A stretch of 64,000 nucleotides of DNA from Candidatus Latescibacterota bacterium (GTDB lineage Bacteria; Latescibacterota; UBA2968; UBA8231). Location of the stretch: positions 3,328,001 through 3,392,000 of the forward strand of contig CBDETY010000003.1 in assembly GCA_965243025.1 (NCBI GenBank), in the 5' to 3' direction. This document shows positions 1 through 10,107 of this stretch, in pieces. Under the pieces are notes generated by a model. It was not told the origin of the DNA. It saw only the letters and a list, made by a program, of their open reading frames with translations, and did not search any database. The first letter of the stretch is position 1; every line of letters starts with the position of its first letter. The position numbers and the translations under genes are program-made.

Positions 1-19
1 CAGCTGTTCCTTCGACTTC

Positions 20-1954
20 ATGACTGAGTCCCCATCCCACTCCTGCTTCAGCCTCAGGGGCCTGTCGATCGGCGTGCTCCTGTGCGTGGCCATCGGCCTG
101 GTCGCCCCGTACTGGGCCGTCTTCACCTACAACGGGGTCGGCTTCGCCCCCGCCTCGCCGGGAGCCATCCTGTTCCTCATGGTCACCGTCCTCGCCAGCG
201 CCGCCGTCGGCCTGATCAGCCGCCGCCTGTCGCTTTCCAGGGCCGACCTCGTGCTGATCTTCTGCATGCTGCTGGTGGCCATTACCGTGCCGACCTGGGG
301 GACGATGTTCTTCCTGATCGGCACCATGGTCTATCCCTTCTATTTCGCGACCCCCGAGAACCGCTTCTCCGACCTGCTGCACCCCTACATCCCCTCCTGG
401 ATCGTCCCGCAGGACACGCAGGCGATCAAGGACTACTACGAGGGGCTGCCCAAGGGGGCTCCGATCCCCTGGGAGGCGTGGGTCGAGCCGATGGGGCACT
501 GGCTGGCGCTGACCACGGTGATGGGGTTCATGCTGATCTGCATGAGCGCCATCCTGCACCGGCAGTGGTCGGTGCACGAGCGCCTCACCTACCCCATGAT
601 GCAGCTGCCGCAGCAGATGATCGACGACGGCGGGGGGATCGGCCGCCGCCTGGCCCCCTTCTTCCGAAGCAAGGCGATGTGGCTGGGCTTCGCGGTTCCC
701 GTGATCACCCTGAGCCTCAGCGGCCTCAACCACTTCTGGCCCGAGGTGCCGGAGTTCCGGCAGGTCGGGGGCCTGCGGCTGTTCAACAACACCATACATC
801 TGGGATTCTACTTCAAGCCCGCCTACCTCGGCTTCTTCTACCTCGTCGACCTGAACATCCTGTTCAGCATCTGGTTCTTCTACCTGCTGTGCAAGTTCCA
901 GGACGGCGTGTTCAAGATCCTCGGTATCGCCAACACCGAGAAGCTGAGCGTGTACGAGTACTCGCAGTCGGCCGACCTGACCCACCAGATGACCGGTGCC
1001 GTGATCGTCTTCGTCCTCTACGGCATGTGGATCGCCCGCAGGCATATCCTGGCGGTCGCCCGGAAAGCCTGGAATCCATCCGAGGGAACTGACGACAGCG
1101 GGGAGCTGCTGAAGTATCGAACCGCGGTGATCGGCTTCCTGGCGAGCCTGGTCTTCTGCGGGATCTGGCTGTGGCGGTCGGGGGTGCCGGCGGTCACCCT
1201 GCCGGTACTGCTTATCGTCAGCCTGATCTTCTTCACCCTCGTGGCGCGGGTCGTGACCACCGCCGGGGTCGCCACCGCGCGCAGCCCGATCGTGCCGGCC
1301 TTCTTCATCATATCCGGGCTGGGGACGTCGATACTCGGCGCCAAGGGGCTGGTGGCGCTGAACTTCACCTTCATCTGGCAGGGGGAATCGCAGCTGTCGG
1401 CGATGGTCGCCACCTCCAACGGGCTGAAGCTCGCCGAGCGCATTCCCGGGCCGAAGGGCCGCCTTTTCTGGGGGCTGATGCTTGCCCTCGTGGTCACCTT
1501 CCTCGCCTCGGCCTGGATGACCCTGAAGCTCGGCTACACCTACGGCGCCATAAACCTCAACCTCCTCAACTGGGTGGGGGCTCACGGGTGGCCCTCCCTC
1601 GGGGCCAAGATCGCCGACATGCCTGACGCCAACATGAGGGGGTGGCTGTTCCGCGGGATCGGCGCGGCGGTGGAGGGGTTCCTGATGTTCGCCCAGCACC
1701 GGTGGCACTGGTGGTCCCTGCACCCGATCGGGTTCACCATCGCCGTCGGCTGGCTGACCAGCAAGATCTGGTTCCCGGCGCTGATCGCCTGGGTGGTCAA
1801 GCTGACCATCCTCTTCTTCTGGGGCCCGCGGATGTTTCAGGTGATGAAACCCTTCTTCCTGGGGCTGATCATGGGGGAGATAGCGGTCGGGGGCATCTGG
1901 GGGACGATCTTTCCGTTCACGAGCGAAACCGGCCGCTGGCTCACCTTCATCTGA
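20..1954 (+). CDS. Polytopic membrane protein, DUF6785/DUF6784-like putative peptide transporter
   Basis: 644 aa with many TM segments; motifs resemble this family (QWSVHERLTYPM, WWSLHPIGF, PFFLGLIMGE). Confidence 0.7.
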   Translation: MTESPSHSCFSLRGLSIGVLLCVAIGLVAPYWAVFTYNGVGFAPASPGAILFLMVTVLASAAVGLISRRLSLSRADLVLIFCMLLVAITVPTWGTMFFLIGTMVYPFYFATPENRFSDLLHPYIPSWIVPQDTQAIKDYYEGLPKGAPIPWEAWVEPMGHWLALTTVMGFMLICMSAILHRQWSVHERLTYPMMQLPQQMIDDGGGIGRRLAPFFRSKAMWLGFAVPVITLSLSGLNHFWPEVPEFRQVGGLRLFNNTIHLGFYFKPAYLGFFYLVDLNILFSIWFFYLLCKFQDGVFKILGIANTEKLSVYEYSQSADLTHQMTGAVIVFVLYGMWIARRHILAVARKAWNPSEGTDDSGELLKYRTAVIGFLASLVFCGIWLWRSGVPAVTLPVLLIVSLIFFTLVARVVTTAGVATARSPIVPAFFIISGLGTSILGAKGLVALNFTFIWQGESQLSAMVATSNGLKLAERIPGPKGRLFWGLMLALVVTFLASAWMTLKLGYTYGAINLNLLNWVGAHGWPSLGAKIADMPDANMRGWLFRGIGAAVEGFLMFAQHRWHWWSLHPIGFTIAVGWLTSKIWFPALIAWVVKLTILFFWGPRMFQVMKPFFLGLIMGEIAVGGIWGTIFPFTSETGRWLTFI

Positions 1955-2079
1955 CATCCTGCGGCTGGTAACCCGGGGAACGAACCGCGCGGTCGTGCGT
2001 CGAATCCTGTCTGCCGGTATTCCAAAGCAGAGAACCCCCACGCTCTGACGCCCCCACGGCCTCTTCAGGAGAAGCTCCC

Positions 2080-2685
2080 ATGTCCGTCACCCGTCTGATC
2101 TGGATCGTCCTGTTGACCGGCGGCGTCGCCTCCGCACACCAGGAAGGCCCCCTGGCCGGCCGCGGGAACTGGGGGCTGGGGGCGGCCCTGCCCTCCGGCA
2201 GCGGCAGCAGCTTCAGCTTGTGGAAGATCCGCTCTCCGACCACCGCCCTGGGCGTGCAAATTGGCGTTTCGTGGAGCTACGCCGACTCGACCGCCGACGC
2301 CGACGACCTCGCCTCAGAGCCAATCACACAGCATTCCCTGCGGCTGCAGCTGAGTCCCACCATCAAGAAGTACCGGCCATTGCACAAACAGATCGCCTCC
2401 TTCACATACGGCCGGATCGAAGCCGGTTTCTGGGGCCGAAAACGGGACTATAGTCTGAATTCCCAGCACGGCAGCAGCGGAGGAAACATAGGGGCAGCAC
2501 TTGGCCTGGGAGTGGAATGGTTCCCTTTCCAACGGATCAGCCTGGGGGGCCAGACCGGGTTGAGCCTTGAATACCGCCACTATCAGTACGATACCAGGGG
2601 AACTTTCTCCAGCAGGTCCTCCACCAGTTGGTCCCTGCATCTGCGCACCTTCCAGTCTGAAGTGAAGGCGTTGATGTATTTCTGA
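2080..2685 (+). CDS. Small outer-membrane beta-barrel protein (paralog of 3636..4241)
   Basis: Signal peptide (..GGVASA), alternating amphipathic strands, C-terminal Y-F as in BAM substrates. Confidence 0.65.
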   Translation: MSVTRLIWIVLLTGGVASAHQEGPLAGRGNWGLGAALPSGSGSSFSLWKIRSPTTALGVQIGVSWSYADSTADADDLASEPITQHSLRLQLSPTIKKYRPLHKQIASFTYGRIEAGFWGRKRDYSLNSQHGSSGGNIGAALGLGVEWFPFQRISLGGQTGLSLEYRHYQYDTRGTFSSRSSTSWSLHLRTFQSEVKALMYF

Positions 2686-2729
2686 CGAAAGTCGATTCCC
2701 TGTCCAATCGCTGCGTCCGAAACCAACCG

Positions 2730-3596
2730 ATGTCTTTGGTGATTCTAACCTTGATGGCAGCCGTTCATATGACGGCCTGCGACTACTGGAAGCCGACCCA
2801 GTCCTTCGAGTCTCCAGAATCTCCCAGAAGTCCGCGACGTGTTCTTATCGACGACGACAGCGCTTTCGATGTGAGTCGTTATCTCACCCTGCTTATCTGG
2901 AACTGGCCGGCAGGTGCCGTGGATGAAATTTATTTCTATCCGGTCAACGCGGGCACCGGCTACGGCCACAGGGGAAGCGTCGAGGACAGGGAATTCGTTT
3001 TCACGCGTCCGTCCCGGGAAGAGCCAGCTGTTCTGTGCCGCGAGGACGGACAGGCCATCGACGGCTTCCGGTCGAACCCGGCCTTTGAGGAGATCTGCAT
3101 TGTCGATGGCCTGGTAACCCTTCGTAGAAAGAAGGAGTACTCCTTCGAGGACGATCCCGTTCTTCTATGGGTCACTCCCGTAAACACAAGGTCCTGGAGG
3201 CGATCCGAATTCCTCTACACGACCGGAATCCTTCTCGATAGCGATGATTCCCCCTGGTTCGAGGAAGGCGGGGTAATTCGAAATTACCTGAACTGGCCGG
3301 CGAGTGCCGTAGACAGGATCTACCTTCGCCCCATCAACGAAGAAACCGGGTACGGATACAGGTCTACATCCAGGCTGTACATCTTCATAAGGCCGCGTGA
3401 AGACCCGTTTCCGTTGCTGTGCAGGGACGACGGAAAACCCATCGACGGCTTTCAGCAGAACCCCGCTTTCTCGGAAGTCTGTATCGCCGACCGCGGAATA
3501 ACCTTGCGCAAAAAGCAGGACTATTCCTTCAAGGAAAACCCCGCCTATTTATATGTGGCACCAGTACCCGGCACTCCGAGACCGCCCCGTGGCTAG
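2730..3596 (+). CDS. Putative lipoprotein with two tandem copies of an unknown ~100-aa domain
   Basis: Hydrophobic N-terminus ending MTAC; repeat NWPAxAVDxIY..P.N..TGYG...LCRxDGxxIDGF..NPAF.E.CI..TLRxKxxYSF occurs twice. Confidence 0.6.
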   Translation: MSLVILTLMAAVHMTACDYWKPTQSFESPESPRSPRRVLIDDDSAFDVSRYLTLLIWNWPAGAVDEIYFYPVNAGTGYGHRGSVEDREFVFTRPSREEPAVLCREDGQAIDGFRSNPAFEEICIVDGLVTLRRKKEYSFEDDPVLLWVTPVNTRSWRRSEFLYTTGILLDSDDSPWFEEGGVIRNYLNWPASAVDRIYLRPINEETGYGYRSTSRLYIFIRPREDPFPLLCRDDGKPIDGFQQNPAFSEVCIADRGITLRKKQDYSFKENPAYLYVAPVPGTPRPPRG

Positions 3597-3635
3597 TTTA
3601 AGGTTTTGCCTCAATTTTTTGGGACACGCCCACTA

Positions 3636-4241
3636 ATGAGAAGCATGCTTGTCGGTTCGCTGCTCGCTGGGATCCTGGTGGCGGGTACTGCCGCTTCTGC
3701 GGAGGGTCCATTGGCCGGCCGGGGCAGCTGGGCCCTGGGCATGGCCCTCCCTTCCGCCAGCGAGCTCAGCCTGAGCCTGTGGAACGTACGCTCTCCCGTA
3801 ACCGCTCTCGGTCTGGAAACAGGTTTTTCGTCCTACAGCAGCGAGCACGATTTCGACGACCTCGAAGATCTCGACCGGAGCGACACCCGTTCCAGGTACC
3901 GCAGCCTGAGGCTGCATCTCCGTCCTGCCATCAAGCTTTACCGCCCCCTGCACGACCGGGTCGCCCCTTTCGTCTTCTGGAAAGCTCACGCGGGGTTCGT
4001 TCTTCGGGATAGTCGGTTCGACAGGGATTCCGTAAGGGAGAGCGACCGAAACGGTCGGGATTTCGATCTGGGGGTGGCAGTGGGCTTTGGTACCGAATGG
4101 TTCCCGTACCAGCGCATCAGCCTGAACGGCCAGACCGGACTGGAGCTGGGTTACCGCAACGAGGAATCCTTCGGCGACAGAATCCTGGAGTGGTCCCTCG
4201 AGACCTTCGAGACGGAGATGAGGGCGCTGGTGTATTTCTGA
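3636..4241 (+). CDS. Small outer-membrane beta-barrel protein (paralog of 2080..2685)
   Basis: Shares EGPLAGRGxWxLGxALPS, EWFPxQRISLxGQTGL and terminal ALxYF; start moved to the ATG before the signal peptide. Confidence 0.65.
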   Translation: MRSMLVGSLLAGILVAGTAASAEGPLAGRGSWALGMALPSASELSLSLWNVRSPVTALGLETGFSSYSSEHDFDDLEDLDRSDTRSRYRSLRLHLRPAIKLYRPLHDRVAPFVFWKAHAGFVLRDSRFDRDSVRESDRNGRDFDLGVAVGFGTEWFPYQRISLNGQTGLELGYRNEESFGDRILEWSLETFETEMRALVYF

Positions 4242-4427
4242 CCCCGGCTACCGCCGGCCGGACTGGTAACCTGCTGTAATCCAAGCCTCGATAACTACGC
4301 TGGACAGCGATGTTTCCGCCTCGGCGGCGGCGGTGAAAGACGGGATCCAACCCGAGCTGACCAGGTGGAGGATTCCCACCGGAATCGTCCCTTCCGGCTG
4401 GGGACAGCTCAAAGGAGCCAGGCATTC

Positions 4428-5084
4428 ATGAATATCTTTCTGGCCGCGGCGATCCTGGCGGTCGCGGGGGATCTACCGGTCTCCGTCCACTACGGCCCCA
4501 CCCGGGCCAAGTGGTATGGGTCCGACGTGAAGGAACTCGGATACGACGAAGTGTTTTTCCTGGAGGGCCGCCACGTGCGGATCTCTCAGCCGATCTCCTT
4601 GTCGGACCGCATTCGAGTACGACTTGAGACCGGTTGGATCGTCCGGGGATTCCGGTCACGCCCGGGGAATCCCGTACAGCAAGGACCCGATCACTTCCAC
4701 ATGGGAGAAGACTACGGATACCGGATGGAGTACTGGGAGCTGATGAGCTTGGGCGAGTTCGCCCAAAGCCTGCCAGGACGAGGCGAAGCCTACGGACTGG
4801 CGGGCCCTACGGCGGGGTTCCAACAGACCTGTGACCACTTCCCCAAAGATCGAGGCCGCAGCACGGGCAACTGCGGCAACTTCAAGCTGTTCGATCCCGG
4901 CATCACCCTCGGGGTCGGGATCCGCTACCGGGTTCCCTACTACGACTTCACGCTGTCGTCAGAGGTGCTGTGGTCTCGCGGATTCCGGTCAATGCCGTTT
5001 GTCGAACATGCGGTCGACAACGACATCCACAACGGGGTCCTGATCCTGCAGGTGGGGTTCTCGAAGAAGCCACATGGATCGTAA
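4428..5084 (+). CDS. Outer-membrane beta-barrel / porin-family protein
   Basis: Signal-like N-terminus from MNIFLAAA; beta-strand pattern (YGLAGPTAGF, FDPGITLGVGIRY, LILQVGF). Confidence 0.5.
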   Translation: MNIFLAAAILAVAGDLPVSVHYGPTRAKWYGSDVKELGYDEVFFLEGRHVRISQPISLSDRIRVRLETGWIVRGFRSRPGNPVQQGPDHFHMGEDYGYRMEYWELMSLGEFAQSLPGRGEAYGLAGPTAGFQQTCDHFPKDRGRSTGNCGNFKLFDPGITLGVGIRYRVPYYDFTLSSEVLWSRGFRSMPFVEHAVDNDIHNGVLILQVGFSKKPHGS

Positions 5085-5272
5085 AATGGAGAATGGCCAC
5101 CATGCGTAAAAACACTGGCATTGCCCTGATTGCTCTATTTCTTTCCGTCCATCTCCACCAAGAGGAGGACAAGCTCTTTCAACACCCGGGTTTCATTTGA
5201 TCCTCATCTGCTTTTTGGGAATCCCTCCATAACAACAGGAGTAAAAAACATGCAAGGTTACAGGAGAGAGAC

Positions 5273-5944
5273 ATGCAGCGATTTGTTTCGGTGTCCGCGT
5301 TACTGACGGTTTTTGCAATGGCCTCACATACCTCTGCTCAGAAGGTGGATGCCTGGCGGGAATTGGTTTTCCCGTCCGACTCCCTGAAGGACTCCGCGCT
5401 GGTCATTCAGGACGAGCGAGCCGACGTACTCACCGATCCGCTTCGGTGGGCAATCCTCGAAATCCTTGGAGAGGGGAAGTCGGTTACGGAAGTTTCCCAC
5501 GCCCTTGATGTAACCGATGCCCGGGTGCTCTACCACCTCCGGCGCCTCGCCGGAACGGGTGTCGTACGATTGGAGGAAGATGCAGGAGACCCCCGGGGAT
5601 GGCGGTGTTTGCCGGCGGCGGGAAGACTGCGGGTTCGGGAGCCCCTTCCCGGAAGCGACCAACCTGCCGAGGCCATTCCAGCCGAGGTTGCCGCCCAGTT
5701 CAATCAGGCATTTCGCGAAGCTGCCGAGGGCTTGTACGGTCCGACATTCCAGATGTCAGTCAACCACAACCGCGCGCGACTGTCCGAAGAACAGGCAGCC
5801 GAATTCGGCCGGCGATTGCTCGCCCTCATAGAAGAATACTTTCCCCCCGGAAAAGGGGATCGGTCCGGCATCAAGTACGGTTTCCATGGGGTCCTCACGC
5901 CGATCGATCTTCACCCTCTCGGGGACTCTGAAACCGGGGAGTAA
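5273..5944 (+). CDS. ArsR-like winged-HTH protein with signal-peptide-like N-terminus
   Basis: LTDPLRWAILEIL...SVTEVSHAL...VLYHLRRL; AGGAG RBS upstream. Confidence 0.7.
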   Translation: MQRFVSVSALLTVFAMASHTSAQKVDAWRELVFPSDSLKDSALVIQDERADVLTDPLRWAILEILGEGKSVTEVSHALDVTDARVLYHLRRLAGTGVVRLEEDAGDPRGWRCLPAAGRLRVREPLPGSDQPAEAIPAEVAAQFNQAFREAAEGLYGPTFQMSVNHNRARLSEEQAAEFGRRLLALIEEYFPPGKGDRSGIKYGFHGVLTPIDLHPLGDSETGE

Positions 5945-5993
5945 CCCCTCGGGTCCGGCGGAAGTTCATCCGACTTCGATGGAGACCATACAG

Positions 5994-6644
5994 ATGGAAC
6001 GAATTCACGGTGCAATCTTCCTCGGCCTGCTCACTGCCGTGAGCGCCGCCGGCGAGACTCCTTCTTTCGAGAACGACTACGGCCGAGCCGAAATCGGCCA
6101 TCCGTGGGAGACCATGCTCGCCGGTGAGGGCCTCGATGGGTGGAACGCCAGTGAAGGTCCGTTTACGCCTTCCGTATGGCGCCGCGAGGGGGACGCAATC
6201 ATCGCCGACACGGGACAGGCCAGCCGCGGGCGGCTCATCCAGGGAGATGGGTCGTGGGCTGCCTATGAGTTCAAGGTACAGGCAACCATTGAGAAGGGAT
6301 TCGCCGGCCCGCAGCTCGTGTTCGGAACCTCGGACGACGGAAATTCGTCGTACTTCCTGACCTATCTTGCCGGTTGGAAGACCATGGTCATTGTCCGTCG
6401 CAACGAGGAGACTCGCGAGGACGACAAGCTCGATGTGGTCGACTTCGTCATGGAGCCCGGCCGGGAGTACGACCTTGTCCTCAAGGTCCGGGACCACTCG
6501 GTCACGAGCTACGTCGACGGTGTTCTCGTCAACCGGTTGACACTGCCGGGGGAGGCGCGCGGCGCCGTCGGCCTGGCTGTCTGGGCAAACAACTCTGTAA
6601 TCCGGTTCCGCGACCCGAAGATCAGGCACTACTACAAGCGATAA
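5994..6644 (+). CDS. Secreted DUF1080 (3-keto-disaccharide hydrolase-like) protein
   Basis: Signal peptide; GLDGW, W..YEFKV, YVDGVLVN, IRFRDPKIR motifs; GGAG RBS. Confidence 0.65.
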   Translation: MERIHGAIFLGLLTAVSAAGETPSFENDYGRAEIGHPWETMLAGEGLDGWNASEGPFTPSVWRREGDAIIADTGQASRGRLIQGDGSWAAYEFKVQATIEKGFAGPQLVFGTSDDGNSSYFLTYLAGWKTMVIVRRNEETREDDKLDVVDFVMEPGREYDLVLKVRDHSVTSYVDGVLVNRLTLPGEARGAVGLAVWANNSVIRFRDPKIRHYYKR

Positions 6645-6743
6645 CCGCCGCCACCACTTGCCGGTTGACACCATGAAGGATGGCCAGGATGTCGAATGGC
6701 CACTCCATCCCGGAGATTCGGCACAGATTCGGCCGCCCTGCCG

Positions 6744-7514
6744 CTAGTCCGCCAATTCCAGCTCCGGGAGCAGCACGTACTTCACCCACCCGAAATCCGG
6801 ATCGATCTGGAGCGCCTTCTCGAGCGCCGCTTCCGCCGGCTCCTTTTCCTCCCTGTCCAGATGGGCGAGGCCGAGCCAGGCGAAGGCTTCGCTGTGCCCC
6901 CATGAAGGCTCGAGGGGATCGGCAGGCTTCTCCCTGGAAAACAGTTCCGCGGCCCGCCGGAACCCCTTCATTGCCCTTTCCTTGTTGCCCCCGAAAACCC
7001 TTGGGGTGTTGAAATCGCCGATGGCCGCGGTCAGCACCACGCGCGGGTTGTCGGGGGCGAGCTCCATCGCTTTGCCGATGGCCTTCCCGGCTTTTGGCCC
7101 CAGGAACATGCTCTTCACGGGACTCAGCCCGATCTGCCTGCCGTACACGCTCGAAAGCAGGGCATAGGCTTCGGCCGCCCCCGGATCGATCCGGGTGGCT
7201 TCCTGCAGGTGCTCGACCGCGGTCTTCAGGTGCCCGGAAGCGGCCTCCTTGTTCCTGTCGCCGGCGGCCAGCAGCAGGTTGACGATGCGGAAATCGGCCA
7301 GGGCGATGTAGTAGTGGGTCCACGCCGCCAGGCCGGTATCGGCCAGGGCGCGCTCGAACATGGCCCGGGCCTCGTACATGGCATCGATGGACCCCCGGTT
7401 TTCCCCTGAGTCCAGCAGCTGCCTTCCACTTGCGAGAAGGGAGTCGGCCGCCTGGGGGAAGGCGGGGCAGGCGATCGAAAGCAGGAAAACGAGGGAGAGC
7501 GGAAAGCGCTGCAT
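6744..7514 (-). CDS. Secreted tetratricopeptide-repeat protein
   Basis: Signal peptide; TPR-like helices (KAMELAPDNPR, EKALQIDPDF). Confidence 0.75.
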   Translation of the reverse strand: MQRFPLSLVFLLSIACPAFPQAADSLLASGRQLLDSGENRGSIDAMYEARAMFERALADTGLAAWTHYYIALADFRIVNLLLAAGDRNKEAASGHLKTAVEHLQEATRIDPGAAEAYALLSSVYGRQIGLSPVKSMFLGPKAGKAIGKAMELAPDNPRVVLTAAIGDFNTPRVFGGNKERAMKGFRRAAELFSREKPADPLEPSWGHSEAFAWLGLAHLDREEKEPAEAALEKALQIDPDFGWVKYVLLPELELAD

Positions 7515-7552
7515 GCGGGGCTCCTTTTTTGGGTCAGTAGTTGACAGTCCGT

Positions 7553-9778
7553 TCACCGGGCTGTCAGGGAGACGGTGGCGCCGAAGTAGACGGAGCGGCG
7601 AAACAGGGAGGTGCGCGGCTGCCGCCGGGTGTAGTCGATGCTGTAGTCGTAGTCGAGCACGTTGGCGCGGTTGAGGAGGTTGTTGACGGCGAGGTAGAAG
7701 ACCGCCCGGTGCCCGGAGCCGAAGAACCGCAGGTAGCTCAGCTGTCCGTCCACCTTCTGAAAGGAGGGCAGCCGTTCCGAGCCGACCGGGCCTTCCACCG
7801 GCAGGTAGTAGCCTCTGCCTTCCACAGGAACCGCGCCGACCACCGGGGTGACCGGGCGGCCGGTAGCGTACCTCAGAGTGAAGCCGATGCTGAGGGTGCG
7901 GACGATCCGCGATTTCGCGACCAGGGTCAGGTTGTGGGTGATGTCGAACGGAGATGGGGCTTCTTCCCGCAGCATCTCGAACCCCTGGCGGCGCACCTGC
8001 ATCCGCCGCGAGCGCAGCAGACTCCAGGCCATCCAGCCGCTCATGCGGTTGTCGAGAAAGGCGCCGTACTTGCAGAAGAGGTCGACGCCTGAAGCCCGCC
8101 CCCTGCCCGCGTTCGCGAGGTTCAGGCCGGCGTCTTCCAGCACGAGGCCGCGGTAGGGCTTGTAGTACCCCTCCAGCCGCACCGACAGACCCCCGCGTTC
8201 GTGGTGCAGACCGCCTACCCAGTGCCGGGCGCGCCGGGGTCCCAGCCCGGGGTTGCCGCTGACGGGATTGTATTGGTACGGGGCCGGAAACTGGTGGTAG
8301 ATGCCCCAGGCGAGGCGGGCGCTGGTGTCCTTCGAGAGCTGGTAGCGGGCCGACAGGCGCGGATCCAGGACAAGACCGCCGCTCAGGCTGTGGCGGTCGG
8401 CGCGCATGCCGGCGTTGGCGGCGATGCGGCGCATCGGTTTGAAATCGACCTCGAACCAGGCGCCGGTGCGCCGGGCGCTATAGGAGGTGTCGAGCTCGTA
8501 TACCTCCGCCTCGGGGTCGAGGATGTCCCCCTTGGGAATGCTGCCCGCGAAGCGGTTGTCCGCGTGCTCCACTTCAGTCCCGAGTCGCAGGATCCCGGAT
8601 GCGCCGAGGACCCGTTCCCAGTCCGTGCGGAACTTGCCGGTCAGGTCGCTGGGGGTCAGGTCGAGGTTGCCCAGCCGCCGCCGGGCGGAGTGCCGGTTGA
8701 GCGAAGCGCTGGTCTGCATGGACCAGCCCGCCCGCGCGTCCGTCCACTGGAGATTGTGCAGGTAGTTATCGCTGCGGCCCCGGAAATGGCCGTCGAACGA
8801 GGGCTCGGACACGCGCACGCCGATCTCGTCACCCTCGCTGAAGCTGAACAGCTTGAGGCGTCCGCTCGGCGAGTACCGGTAGACCAGGTTGAGGTTGCCG
8901 TCCCGCCCCCGCGGCGTGACGACGAACTGGTCGCGGTGGCCGTTGACGCGGAACATGAGGTCGGTAAGGCTGAGGTTGCCGGTGAAGCGCAGGCCGAGCC
9001 TGTCGTCGACAAGCGGCAGGTCGATCCCCACCGAGCCGGCGGCCAGGCCCAGACCGAGGGTGCAGCTCCGCTGCGCGGGCATGTCCAGGCTCTCCATCGC
9101 CAGCACCGCGGAAAGGGCGTTGCCGTAGCGGGCGGAGAACCCGCCCGTGGAAAAGGCCGTCCCCCGCACCATGAAGGGAGGGATCGCGCCGAACACCCCG
9201 CCGGTCGGGGATTCGTACCTGTAGGGATGGACCACCGTGGCCTGGTCGAGCAGAACGACGGTCTCGCTCACGTCGCCGCCGCGGACGTAAAGGCCGGCCC
9301 CGTCATCCACCGCGGCGACGCCGGGGAAGGTCTGGAAGGCGCGGAAGATGTCGGCCGAAGCCCCCGGCGTCGTGACCACGTCGAGAGGAGAAAGGGTGAC
9401 GGCCTCCTCCTCCCCGGTGGTATAGGTGCTGGCGGTGACGACGGTCTCGCCCAGCTCGATGAGGGTGCGCCGCAGAACCAGGAGCACCGCCGCGGAATCG
9501 CCGGCGGCCAGACGCAGGCTTTGCCGCGCCGGTTCGAAGCCGATGAATGAGGCGGCCAGGCCGCGCGTTCCCAGGTGCCGGGTGGAAAAGGCGAAGCGGC
9601 CGTCGCGGCCCGTTATCGCGCCGTCGGTGCTGTCGAGGATCTGCACGTTGACGAAGGCCATCGGCTGCCGCGCTTCGTCGACGACCTGTCCCCGGACGAA
9701 AGCCCTGTCCTGCGCCAGGGCCGGCAAGGGAAAGCAGGCGCCGAAGAGGAGAGCCGCCACGCACGATCGCATCTTCAC
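7553..9778 (-). CDS. TonB-dependent receptor with N-terminal carboxypeptidase-regulatory-like domain
   Basis: VRGQVVD..ASFIGF, plug (FPGV..LYVRGG..FSTGGFSARYG), barrel end (NNLLNR..RSVYFGATVSL). Confidence 0.9.
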   Translation of the reverse strand: MKMRSCVAALLFGACFPLPALAQDRAFVRGQVVDEARQPMAFVNVQILDSTDGAITGRDGRFAFSTRHLGTRGLAASFIGFEPARQSLRLAAGDSAAVLLVLRRTLIELGETVVTASTYTTGEEEAVTLSPLDVVTTPGASADIFRAFQTFPGVAAVDDGAGLYVRGGDVSETVVLLDQATVVHPYRYESPTGGVFGAIPPFMVRGTAFSTGGFSARYGNALSAVLAMESLDMPAQRSCTLGLGLAAGSVGIDLPLVDDRLGLRFTGNLSLTDLMFRVNGHRDQFVVTPRGRDGNLNLVYRYSPSGRLKLFSFSEGDEIGVRVSEPSFDGHFRGRSDNYLHNLQWTDARAGWSMQTSASLNRHSARRRLGNLDLTPSDLTGKFRTDWERVLGASGILRLGTEVEHADNRFAGSIPKGDILDPEAEVYELDTSYSARRTGAWFEVDFKPMRRIAANAGMRADRHSLSGGLVLDPRLSARYQLSKDTSARLAWGIYHQFPAPYQYNPVSGNPGLGPRRARHWVGGLHHERGGLSVRLEGYYKPYRGLVLEDAGLNLANAGRGRASGVDLFCKYGAFLDNRMSGWMAWSLLRSRRMQVRRQGFEMLREEAPSPFDITHNLTLVAKSRIVRTLSIGFTLRYATGRPVTPVVGAVPVEGRGYYLPVEGPVGSERLPSFQKVDGQLSYLRFFGSGHRAVFYLAVNNLLNRANVLDYDYSIDYTRRQPRTSLFRRSVYFGATVSLTAR

Positions 9779-10107
9779 AGCCGCGCCCCCCGGATCACCG
9801 TCTGCAGGGCCTCGAGGTGGGACTGCAGGGCTTTGGAACCCTTCTCGGTGAGGCGGTACCAGGTCACCGGCTTGCGGTTCTCGAAGCGCTTGTTCACGTC
9901 GAGGTACCCGGCGTCCTCCAGCTTGCGCAGGTGCGCCCCGAGGTTGCCGTCCGTCTCCTGAAGGAGCTGCTTCAGGCTGGTGAAGGTCATGGCGTCGACG
10001 TCGGCCAGCAGCACGCAGGCGCCGAGGCGGCTGCGGTGCTCCAGCAGCTTGTCCAGCCGGACCAGGCCTTTCGAGGTGACCTCAGCCGGTTGCGGCGGCT
10101 TCCTCAT
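9775..10107 (-). CDS. Winged-helix transcriptional regulator (HTH_34-like)
   Basis: RLG..FTSLKQLL.ETDGNLGAHLRKLEDAGY..TWYRLTEKG. Confidence 0.85.
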   Translation of the reverse strand: MRKPPQPAEVTSKGLVRLDKLLEHRSRLGACVLLADVDAMTFTSLKQLLQETDGNLGAHLRKLEDAGYLDVNKRFENRKPVTWYRLTEKGSKALQSHLEALQTVIRGARL

